Of a DNA stretch of 64,000 bases, positions 35,482 to 46,647 are shown piece by piece; within the stretch, counting starts at the first letter, position 1, and the number at the start of each line of letters is the position of its first letter. The notes under the pieces were generated by a model that saw nothing but the letters and a program-made list of their open reading frames with translations, was not told the origin of the DNA and searched no databases. Location of the stretch: assembly GCA_964016885.1 (NCBI GenBank), contig OZ024742.1, forward strand, positions 260,834,001 to 260,898,000, read 5' to 3'. Source of the stretch: Eledone cirrhosa. Lineage: Eukaryota. The position numbers were made by a program, and so were the translations under genes.

Positions 35482-38301
35482 TCACCACACATCACAGTGA
35501 TATGGGTTCTCACTCACATGAGTGCCTAAGTGTCGAGTTAAAATTGACATTTTAAAAAATTTTTCACCACACCTATCACATAGATATTGTTTCTCACCTT
35601 TGTATTTACGTATGTGACTAATTAAAGCAGACTTTTCAGCAAATCTTTCACCACAAATATAACAGTGATGTGGTTTTTCTATGTGAATACGTTTGTGAAC
35701 AGCTAAGTCTCTCTTCTGGAAAAAGCCTTCACTACAGATATCACAATGAAATGGTTTCTCACCTGTGTGAGTAAATATGTGCTGAGATAAACCTAACCTT
35801 TTATAAAATCTTTCACCACAAATATCACAGTGGAGCGGTTTTTCTCTGTGAATACGTTTGTGAACAGTTAAGTCTCTCTGCTGCAAAAAGCCTTCACTAC
35901 AGCTATCACACTGATATGGTTTCTCACCTGTGTGTGCAAATATGTGCTGAGATAAAGCAAATAATTTAGAAAATGTTTCTCCACAAATATCACAGTGATG
36001 TGGTTTTTCTCTGTGAATAAGTTTGTGAACATTTAAGTCTCTCTTCCACAAAAAGCCTTCACTACAGGTATCGCACTGAAATGGTTTCTCACCTGTATGT
36101 GTAAATATGTGACGATTTAAAGCAGGTATATTAGGAAATGATTCCCCACAGGTATCACAGTGATGCAGTTTTCCTTTGTTAATACATTTGTGAATAGCTA
36201 TGTCTCTATACAGCAAAAAGCGTTTACTACAGTTATCACAGTGAAATGGTTTCACACCTGTGTGAGTAAATATGTGACGAGTTAGAGCCGACTTATTAGA
36301 AAATGATTCCCCACAGGTATCACAGACACGTGTTTTTCCTCTGTGAATACGTTTGTGAACTTTTAAGTCTCTCTTCTGCAAAAAGCCTTCACCACAGGTA
36401 CCACACTGAAATGGTTTCTCATCAGTGTGTGTAAATATGTGACGAGTTAAAGCAGATTCTTTAGAAAATGTTTCACCACAGGTATCACAGTTATGTGGTT
36501 TTTCTCTGTGAATACGTTTGTGAACAGTTAAGTCTCTTTTCCGCAAAAAGCCTTCATCACAGTTATCACACTGAAATGGTTTCTCACCTGTGTGAGTAAA
36601 TATGTGACGAGTTAAAGCAGGTTCTTTACAAAATGTTTCACCACAGGTATCACAGCGATATGGTTTTTCTCTGTGAATACGTTTGTGAACAGTTAAGTCT
36701 CTATTCCTCAAAAATGACTGGTCACAGCTATCACAATGATATGGTTTCTCACCTGTATGTGTAAATATGTGCTGAGATAAAGCAAATTTTTTAGAAAATA
36801 TTTCTCCACAAATATCACAGTGATGTGGTTTTTGTTTGTGAACAGTTAAGTCTCTCTTCCACAAAAATCCTTCACTACAGGTATCACACTGAAATGGTTT
36901 CTCACCTGTATGTATAAATATGTGACGATTTAAAGCAGATATACTAGAAAATGATTCCTTACAGGTATCACAGTGATGTTCTTCTTTGTGAATACGTTTG
37001 TGAATTTTTAAGTCTCTCTTCTGCAAAAAGCCTTCATCACAGATATCACACAGAAATGTTTTCTCACCTGTGTGAGTAAATATGTGACGAGTTAAAGCAG
37101 ATTTTTTAAAAAATGTACTACCACAGGTATCACAGTGATGTGGTTTCTCCATGTGAACACGTTTGTGAACATTCAGCTTTCTACATTGTGAAAATATTTT
37201 ACCACACCTATCGCAAAGATATGGTTTCTCACATGTGTGTGCATGTATGTGATTAGTTAAAGTAGATTCTTTAGAAAATGTCTCACCACAAATATCACAG
37301 CGATGTGGTTTTTTTCTGTGAATACGTTTGTGAACAGTTAAGTCTCTATTTTGTGAAAATGTTTCACTACAGATATCACACTGAAATGGTTTCACACCAG
37401 CGTGTGTATGTATGTAATTAGTTAAAGCAGAATTTCTGGAAAATGTTTCATTATAAATATCAGAGTGGTATAGTTTCTCAGCTGTGTGTATACGCATGTG
37501 ACAAGTTAAGTGATGGTTCTGATAAAATATTTGACCACAGATATTACAGAAATATGGTTTCTCACCTGTGTTAGTATATTTGTGAGGAGTTAAGTCAGAA
37601 TTCTTATAAAATGATTTAACAGAGGTATCAAAAGGGAAAGATTTTTGGTTTTTGTGACTATATATATGATGTTCTAAGTTGTAATACTCAGAAAACGGTA
37701 TATTAAAGTGGTAAACATTTGAATTTGTGCAAATATACTTAGGATATTTTAATTCAGAATTCTGTGAAAAGGTTTTACCATAGATACTACTGTGGTATGG
37801 TATTTCTCCTGTGTGTGTACGTTTATGAATAGTCGAGTCATTATTACAAGAGAACATATTATCACTGTTTGATTTCTCACCAATGTGAGTACGTTTGTGA
37901 CGAGTTAACTCAGAATTCTGAGCAAATGTTTTCCCACAGATATTACAGTAGTATGGTTTCTCACCTGTATGAGTACGAACGTGAATAGTCAAGTGATACT
38001 TTCTAGAAAATGTTTTACCACAGATATCACAGCGATATGGCCTTGTAATTGTGTGAGTAACTTTGTGATGAGCTAAGTTAGAATGTTTATAACATTTTTT
38101 ACCACAGATATCGCACTGGTAAACATTTGAGCTTTTGTGATGTCGTTTGTTTTCACTGATGTCCTCACTATTTGGGAATATCTTTGTATTGATGTCACAG
38201 TGGTATAGTTTCTTATCTACATCTTCCTCAGTTTGAAGAAATTCATTATTCTCACATTGTTTTTCTTCATAAACCTGGCTCTCACTGAGTTTCTCTTCCA
38301 T
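35482..38301 (-). CDS. C2H2 zinc-finger protein, 939 aa, about 24 intact fingers plus several degenerate ones; paralog of 5765-7462
   Basis: 2.8-kb open frame with the same leader (MEE..ESQVYEE.Q.ENNEFL). The C-terminal two thirds is a 55-aa two-finger repeat. A frameshift at the end leaves further fingers in ORF 35307-35513. Confidence 0.9.
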   Translation of the reverse strand: MEEKLSESQVYEEKQCENNEFLQTEEDVDKKLYHCDINTKIFPNSEDISENKRHHKSSNVYQCDICGKKCYKHSNLAHHKVTHTITRPYRCDICGKTFSRKYHLTIHVRTHTGEKPYYCNICGKTFAQNSELTRHKRTHIGEKSNSDNMFSCNNDSTIHKRTHTGEIPYHSSIYGKTFSQNSELKYPKYICTNSNVYHFNIPFSEYYNLEHHIYSHKNQKSFPFDTSVKSFYKNSDLTPHKYTNTGEKPYFCNICGQIFYQNHHLTCHMRIHTAEKLYHSDIYNETFSRNSALTNYIHTHAGVKPFQCDICSETFSQNRDLTVHKRIHRKKPHRCDICGETFSKESTLTNHIHAHTCEKPYLCDRCGKIFSQCRKLNVHKRVHMEKPHHCDTCGSTFFKKSALTRHIFTHTGEKTFLCDICDEGFLQKRDLKIHKRIHKEEHHCDTCKESFSSISALNRHIFIHTGEKPFQCDTCSEGFLWKRDLTVHKQKPHHCDICGEIFSKKFALSQHIFTHTGEKPYHCDSCDQSFLRNRDLTVHKRIHREKPYRCDTCGETFCKEPALTRHIFTHTGEKPFQCDNCDEGFLRKRDLTVHKRIHREKPHNCDTCGETFSKESALTRHIFTHTDEKPFQCGTCGEGFLQKRDLKVHKRIHRGKTRVCDTCGESFSNKSALTRHIFTHTGVKPFHCDNCSKRFLLYRDIAIHKCINKGKLHHCDTCGESFPNIPALNRHIFTHTGEKPFQCDTCSEGFLWKRDLNVHKLIHREKPHHCDICGETFSKLFALSQHIFAHTGEKPYQCDSCSEGFLQQRDLTVHKRIHREKPLHCDICGERFYKRLGLSQHIFTHTGEKPFHCDICSEGFFQKRDLAVHKRIHIEKPHHCYICGERFAEKSALISHIRKYKGEKQYLCDRCGEKFFKMSILTRHLGTHVSENPYHCDVW

Positions 38302-39045
38302 AATGTTATTTGTTGTTCAGAAAATACAAGTATAATTCCTTCTTTATATTCTTCTTTGAAGTTAATTTAAGAAAGTATAAAGCAAAGTGACTGTGATTAA
38401 TATGCTAGATTACTGAGCACAAGGTCATGAGATCAAAATTACTGTTGACAATCAAGTCTAATGTCTCTGACAACGACAAATTAACATATGAAAATATCTG
38501 TTGTCTCAGCTATAAATAAATGTTTCAAATATATTTGAGGACAGATTCATTCTTCCAGATTTTAATTTTTCAATTAAATCTAATCAACAGAAAGGTGGCT
38601 ATATTTATTCCAGTATTCAAAATATATCCACATACATAAGGTATTGGTCAAGTTTTCTATTAAATTTCTGGATTTCAGTCACTATTCAGAACTATCCTGG
38701 GAATATATTTCCAATCAACTTGGAAATTGATTTTGTTAGGTTAGACAACCTCTGTTACATCTCATTCATAAAGTGGTTTCTTCAGTTTCCATTCTTTATA
38801 AACTTGTTGTGTGAGAACTTTCCCATCAATAGTATCAGGTAACTGAAATATATAGGGATAGTAGAATATATAAGAAAGTATCAAATATCAATACAAAGTG
38901 TATTAAAGAGAAGTGACTTGATTAAAAATATTGAAATATAGAACCAAGAAAGACACAAAGCAAGGATATTTCCCGAGAAAAGATACATAGTATAGACATA
39001 GAGATTGTCAGAAAGATAATCAGGTAAATTATCTTTAATATATAA

Positions 39046-39153
39046 TTGTTTCTATTTTTGGCACAAGTCCAGCAATTATCCCAGTGCATTACTGGTACTT
39101 TATTTTATCGACCCCTTAAGGATGAAAGGCAAAGTTGATCTCGGCGGGATTTG
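39046..39153 (-). mobile_element. 5'-truncated SINE family A
   Basis: TGTTTCTA...GGCACAAG...TTTTATCGACCCC..AGGATGAAAGGCAAAGTT..CTCGGCGGGATTTGA. Confidence 0.85.
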
Positions 39154-40468
39154 ATATATAATGAAGTAAACTTTTTAAATGAATGTCCATATTTAAACTT
39201 TACAACAAATGACATGTTTTCAATTTTCAAATTCATAATTAGAGAAATGGAATAAATAATATGTTGAATAATTGATATTGATGTTTTCAACATACATCAT
39301 CATTTTAAAGTCGACTTTTCTATGTTGCATGAGTTTGAGGCAATGTTTTACCGTGGGATGCCTTTCTTAACACGAATCCTTATGCCAAGTGTTATTTTGT
39401 TAAAGAAACATATACACGCTATTGAATATCCATTTTTCTCTAAGTACAAATATTTCTCTCCTTCGATTGTTATTCTCACTATAGCATTCTGAGAAGGAGG
39501 TAATTGTAGAAATGAGCCTGTTGTAAAATAAATATAAATGAAAGGTAGTGAAAATGTTGGGAACTACTGATAGACATTCCAAACACGACTAAACTGTAGT
39601 CTTGTATATAAAAGACTGTATTGACTAATATCTCCTACCTATTTTGTTTAGTAACAGGTCAGTCCGCAAACATAAAGGATATTTAGCTGCTGTTTCTTTT
39701 CTAACAGGTCAAGCAATAACGTAGATATTTCATAGTTGGCGCGAATTTAATAAAAATGGGAATGGTGTGCCGAAAAACGAAATTAATTCAACACCTTCAC
39801 TTTAATAAAATATTTTATGATTTTCTTTCCTTTATTTTAATAAACATATCCAAACAAACTGATGTACTTCAAATATCTCATATACAGTATAGATAATTAT
39901 ATTAATAATACTCACATAGTAATACAGTCTCAATGTTGACCATGCCAATATACTTAAGTAGTGAGAACTTACGTTAGAGTGAACAATGACATTCACGGGA
40001 ACTTCAATATATTACAGCAAAACATTAATATATATTTTAAGGTCAACATAATATAGAATATCTATTTCATTACATAGTTAATTATCAATCAGATATATTT
40101 AATTAAATCCTTTAAATTACAGTTGTAAACTGTGGAGACGATATAGTTTTTTAAAAGAATACGACAGGAAGTGAACAGAATTTAGTCTTATTTAATAGCT
40201 CAAGGGAACTCACTCAGTTCACATTTAATCCATCACAATTAGTAAAATTTTCTCTCTGATAAAAAGTATGTCCTAAAACTTAAGACTTCTCTTCTTTCAC
40301 ACTCCAAATAAATTTATTCCATTATAACTTCCGGTATCTGTTCCGACTTTCTTTAATTCTTTATAAGTTTTAATAACATTGAGAACTTTCGACACAACTA
40401 GTTTCGAACCCCCTCCCCACCTCGAATTTGTTTCATCTGAACTTACTAAATAATGCATATTTTTTTAA

Positions 40469-43400
40469 TGTAATTTGAAAGCGATCGGACCTACCTTGCG
40501 TCTCCAATTTATTCCGCCCACTATCCACGTGACTTACATCTGACTGAGGATGACAGAACCTCTCTCGATCGCCCTCACAAAACACGTCCACACTTGACCA
40601 CGGTCCGAGGAAAAAGAGGCCGTCAATAGATCCCGAACCCTAATGTGACGTCACTCGCCTTTCGCTTCCGGTATGACGTCCTTCAACTTCAGGCAGTCCC
40701 TTCTCAACAGCTTTACACGTTCCCTTGTCTTGAGGATCAATCACCACATTATATTACTCTGTGTCAAAGTCCGGCATCCATTTGGGTGGACAGCGTTCTC
40801 GTTGCGATCTCCGTACAATTAGGGCAGCGCCTTCGTTCTTTTCTTCTTCGAAGTCCGTACGGACGTCCAAGATACGTTGTTACGAGGATTTACAGCCGTT
40901 ACAGTTACCCTTTCCCCATTGAGATGTACAGCGCGTATTCGGAGGCTTGACCCAGACTTATTCACTCACTCGTACGAATGCATTCTCTACCTCTCCCACA
41001 GATTGTTGTGATAACGTGCACGAATGTTGCCATTCGTGTCTATATATCGCCCTATGTGACACCGACTCTCCGGCCTATCCCACCGGAGGAGACATGTTGT
41101 ACCAGAACACCGCCTCCATTGGCGAAATGTACCTCTTTTCCGCCATGGCCTTGATCGTGCGATGGTGTCTCCACGATCCCATTTCCGCTTGGCCTCTACA
41201 CCGCTCTGACGAAGCAGCTCACATTCCACTCATCAAGATTGTCCTTCAACACCTCCGAGTGAAACGCTGTGTTGTTATCCGTCAGCAGTTCATCCACAGA
41301 GCCTCGCTCCAAGAACATTTCTCTCAGCATCTGCATGATTTTCTCCGATGTCCCCGTCTTCATTTCCTTTCATATTGCCATCCGTTCCAGCCCACAATCA
41401 ACCACTGAGAGATACATCTCTTATCGGTAGTGCGTTACATCCACCGCCTATCACTTCCAGTTGTGTTGCACCAGGATGCTACCTGTCTTGTGCAAGCCTG
41501 GTGTGGGGTTGATAGACTGGCATTTGTCGCAACGCCCGACCACTTTCTGGGCACTCTTGTCTGCAAATGTCGGAGTTGATTTTTATGGCTAGGAACAGGG
41601 TCCTATCTACTCCCATAAGATGCATGGTATGCAATCTCCTCAATTCCGAGTCACCCAGCCAACGCACTGCAGCTATCCCCTTTTCCTCATCCTCTGGTGT
41701 TTCCAGCTAGGCTTTCTTCACCCTGGTTAAGATGTCTGCCCTATTTTTCTCTGAGGGTACAAAGACCACACTCAACTTCAGGCCAAACTCAGAAGCCAGC
41801 TCTCCCACAGTTCCCAGACAGTGCTTTATTAACATTTCTTCCACCCCTCTTGTTTGCACCCACTTCTCACTGGTGAGAACTGATCTCACCCATCCGAATA
41901 CAGTAGCAAAATATTATGAATCTCTATGATGCATGCCCCCATCTTAAGGCAAGATTCACTCCCCACGGCATGACATCCAGTTTAGCCACATTGACGTGGT
42001 TGCAGCCCTCTTTTCTAAACCAGGCTGCATCCTCGAGCTCGACACCCCCTATATCTAGAGTGACCCCTAGCAATATGCTGCTGGCATCACACCATATGGT
42101 CCCGTTCTCTGATTTGGGGACATACAGCTTCCTCTTACTGGGTCATCTGCCTTTACCCTCTCCGTGATCTCCTGCATCATGACCACTGTCCTCTCTCCTA
42201 CCCTGTCTTCCCAGCTCACTCTGCCCACTTAGCTGCACGCTGTTCGGAGACACCCTGCAATTAGATAGTGGCCTGCCAATTTCCCACACATTGAGAAGAG
42301 TGCTCGTCTATCCAAGTCGGTACCCAGTTCCAGGACTTAATTTCCCTTCCAAAATACCAGTGTGCCCACCTTGTCTCTTTCCAGCTTGAGTCCCAATGCG
42401 GCTCCTACCTCTATCACCTCTGGGGATTTTGCGGTTAACCCAAGCCTTCCTAAGTGGCTTGAGACCTCTGCTGCCGACACTACAGTCTCATCTACCAAGA
42501 TATCGTTGATGTAAGAGTTTATGGCCCTCTTCACCTTGTCTACTTTCCTCAAAATGACCTTGAGAACTGTTGTCATGATCTTTGGTGCGGAGTTCAACCC
42601 GAAACCAAGCCTGGTCAGGCAGTATGACTGGCCCTTATTCTTGACCAGCTGATACTTCCACAGCTTCTCATCTATGTGTAGCTGCAGATATACCAACTTG
42701 AAGTCGACAATTGTGTAGGCTCCTGTCATTTGTCTCCACTCTTGCAAGGTTTCCCTGCAGACATCTGTGACCTCATTGCCTGTGTTGCATGACATATATT
42801 TATTCAGTTCACGAAAGTCCAGCATTAGTCTGACCTTGTTCTTTGTTGGTTGCACTACTGCCATTAACAGCGACACTCCATGTTTTATCTCCTGCTTCCG
42901 AGGGATTAATATGCCCTTCTCAATCCATCTTTGCACCTCTCCCTCAAACTCGTTTCTGGCATCCGCTTTCAAGGTTTGCTGATAGCAGTTCACTCTGTTC
43001 TTCAGCGTTGGGGGTTCTCCTTTCCAGTACCACTTAACTATTCACCATTGCCCATCAAACACAGCCCTGAAATCCTTGTCCTCTATCGTGTGAACAGCAT
43101 GTTTTTCTTCGTGGATCTCCGTTCTCCTGTTGCACGTTTACGGTGCATGATGTTTCCACACTACCAAATGTTACCTTAACCTCACTCACTGTAATGCCTC
43201 CTAAGCTGCCAATCAAATCCATGCCAATTACCACTTCGATTCTGTCCACCACGTGGTCAATCACGATTGCCCACAGTCTTATTTTTCTTCCCCGTACTGC
43301 TATCTCCACCTCACTGCTACCTCTGCATCTAATCTTGCCATCAACTGCCCTCACACTACTCATCCCGCTCCTCTGTTTAGCCACCGCCAGGGTCACTAAT

Positions 43401-44581
43401 ATCATTGTGCAGCCTCTGTCCAAGAGGGTTCATGACAGCTTCCCCTCCACCAGAACTTCCACTATGGGCAGCAACTGTAAGAGTGCCTCTGCTCGCTTCC
43501 AGTGCAATAACTCCCCTTGGATGGTTTCCCTGGTCACAATTGTTGGCGATGTGGCCTGCCCGCTTGCATCGATAGCAAGCTATGTCGGCTACATTTCACT
43601 GCAGTCCCTTGCCATATGCGAACCCTGAAACCTGAAGCACTGGCCTCTGAACGCCTATGACTGAGTGTTCACAGTGACTCTTCTCTCATCGTTCGTCGAG
43701 CGCTGTTGACTGCCATGGGCTTCCATTCCTGCTGGTGTTACAACATTCCGCTCAGCACCTTGCAGTCACTATGCAGGCCTGTGCGATTAGCTTGCTAATG
43801 CTCATTTTTCTGTTGCCCTGCAACTGCTGGAGCCTCACCAAAATCTTATTGGGGAACCCGTTCACAAATGCCATCCTCACAACCCTTTCAAGGTTTTCCC
43901 TGTCAACTTGGCTAACGAGGCCAACCACCATATTTCTCCTGCAAATACATACACCTGCACTCCCGTCCATCTCACTTTGCCTAGCTTGGCAAAAGCAGTG
44001 AGTGTTTCCTTAAGACGTTCTATTTTCTCTGCGTTCAGTTGGTCTGACTCATCCATCTTGAGGTATAATGCTAGTGCATTGCCATCGAGATAGAGAGCCA
44101 TTAGGCTAGCCACGCTTTTGATGCTTTGCAGCGTGGCAACCAATTTAACCTTTCTCATCCAGGCAATGACATCTCCCTCGCCACTGAAGGCATTGATTGC
44201 CTCGCTACTATTCTAAGTTTTGCCACCACCATATCGTTTGTGAGATCGTAGAAAGTAAATAATAACACAAGAAAAAAAAAACACTGCCAAAAGTAAGAAT
44301 GCCGGGAGTGGTAAGAGCACCAAAATAGCATGTAATTTGAAAGCAATTGGATCTACCTTGTGTCTCCAATTTTCTCCACTGTCCACTGCACCGACGTCCA
44401 CATGACTTGCCTCCGACTGAAGATGATAGAACCTCTATCAGCTTCACAAAACACGTTCACACTCGACCACGGTCTGAGGAAAAAGTAGTCAATAGGCCCG
44501 AACCCTAATGTGATGTCACTCGTCCTTCACTTCAGTATGACGTCCCCCAACTTCAGGCAGTCCCTTCTTGGCAGCCCCACA
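40469..44581 (-). mobile_element. Decayed LTR retrotransposon 3 (gag-PR-RT-RH-IN order; LTRs 40469-40717 and 44331-44581, visibly diverged)
   Basis: Direct repeats starting TGTAATTTGAAAGC. Protease LDRGCT, RT LDFRELN / RLGFGLNSAP / YINDIL, RNase H WCDASS...NRADILTR, integrase remnants. No TSD seen. Confidence 0.9.
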
Positions 44582-45179
44582 GAAATTTTGCAGAGATATG
44601 TTTCACATGATGTTGATTCAGATTGTGTTGATTTTTTCCTTTTTGTTTAAATTGAATAATTTTATTTTTATTTAAATTAATCAATTTTTGAATACTTGCA
44701 TTATTGTATACTTCTGTGAGTTAATGCTTTCAATTACTGAATACTTTCAATCCATGTTTGTTGTAGTACAAATCTCAATTTGAAAATGTTGTCCATTATG
44801 CCTTCCAATTTCATGTTGACAATAATATTCATATTGCAAGCATGTAGTGACTTCTGGTACAGGGTTTCCCCTTCAAATTCATCATTGTCAGCCTCAACCC
44901 CAATCAACATCATGATCTTCGATCTCGTTACCCTAATTCTCAATTTCGTCACCACACCATCAACTTAATTTTCTGTTATTATTGTGAAGTGTGTGACATT
45001 CACATTAATCACAAAATTGCAAAAGAATGTAAACGTTTATATAAAGAAACTGTTACATCCTACATTACCGTAAATATACATACATTGACGTAATGGTCAA
45101 ATTACACTATATATAAATACATAGATAAACACAGGGCTGACTTTGTTTACCAAAAACAATTATGCCAGTTTATTTTTCA

Positions 45180-45440
45180 GGAAACCAGCATCCAGCACCA
45201 CACCTGAAGCCCTGATCTGGAACCCACAGGGTAAGAGGAAGAGAAGCCAGCTTTTCAGCAGCTAGAGGCGTGGCATCATCATCATCGTTTAACGTCCATC
45301 TTCCACGCTAGGTTGAATTTAGAAAACTAGAAGCCAACTGGAATGGAGTGGCGAGACCAGCCCAGGATCATGTATGTTGGCAGAGGGTTGTCAAAGGGCT
45401 ATGCTCCATAGAGAGCGATGTAACTGAATGAATGAATGAT
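45180..45440 (+). mobile_element. RTE LINE 3' end remnant with a short SINE-B tail insertion
   Basis: WNPQGKRKR-coding segment, a (TGAA)n tail at about 45425, and CATCATCATCGTTTAACGTCC at about 45275. Confidence 0.6.
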
Positions 45441-45545
45441 ATGTTAAGAGAGTTAAAAAATGAGAATAATGAATAAGAATGATGTTTGTTTCTGTCTGTG
45501 TTGTATATAGTATAGTGTGTAGTTTTATGTAAATGTATGTATATT

Positions 45546-46251
45546 TATAGCAGGTCAAATGTTAAGACGAATGGTTGTGTTGTGTTGATTTGGTTGTTGT
45601 GTGTGCACTCACTTATGGGTTGCTAAGTGGTGTGGTTGCTGTTGTCTGAGTGTAGGTGAGAGAAGATTAATGTGCCTGATACTGTGTGACCAGAGATTGT
45701 GTGTGTGCAAGTAAGTGAGTAACTGTTCATGATGACAATTATGATATGATGGTTCTTAAGTAAGTAATTTACCTTAATCATGTAAGAAATGAAATATATA
45801 AAAACCACAATAACATTAATTTATAAATATAACTTTTGCTGAAGTTATAAAACCATACACGAAGAACAAATAACCACTGATGAATTGTGTGTGTGGATAA
45901 TGTGTATGCCTGTTTGTTTGAAAAGGTATTATTAAAAATGTATTTACCCAAACTTCTCTTTGATGTGATGAATGCTGTTGGCTTGGCCGAGAGGGGTGAG
46001 AGAGAGTGTGAGAGACCCAGAGGGTCTGTGTAAAGCAGTAGATTATATGTTAACTCTTAGAATTCATCCCTCCAACAGACCTGGGTGTTTTGAGAACCAG
46101 CTATTTTATGAATGTCACTTCCTTTGTCTCCAGGCCTGAGAAGAAGCAGATGGCTTTTTGTATCTTAAAATCTCAGATATATTGGTGCATATTGGTGCTG
46201 ATTTGACAGTAAAAGCAACTCTGTTGAAAAGAGCATCAAATTACTGCTACA
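45546..46251 (-). mobile_element. Solo LTR (TGTAGCAG...CTGCTATA)
   Basis: Inverted 8-bp termini with one mismatch and TSD TATT at 45542 and 46252. No second copy in the window. Confidence 0.65.
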
Positions 46252-46647
46252 TATTTATGGTAATTTTGCATGAAACAAATTTCTTAATACAAAACTTGTA
46301 ATTTTTTGTATGCCAGTTGGACATAGATGAAGTGAGTGGGATAAAGAAAACTGGACAAAAGACAGTACCTGGCAGGACACCACAAATGACTTTTGGTAGT
46401 ATTAAATGAACTTTGTTGATCATGTTGTGTTTGTCAATCTTCATTGATGTGGAACTATGTTGTGATAAATGATAGGTGGACCAAGGTAAGTTTAAGAATT
46501 GCTGCCAAATATCTTCATCATCATCATCATCATTTCCATTTAACGTCCATTTTTCCATGCTGGCATGGGTTGGACAAATATATAAACATGGAATTTATAC
46601 CTGCAATGCTGCGACATCACCTTAAGAATAAAAGCAACTATGCCTAT

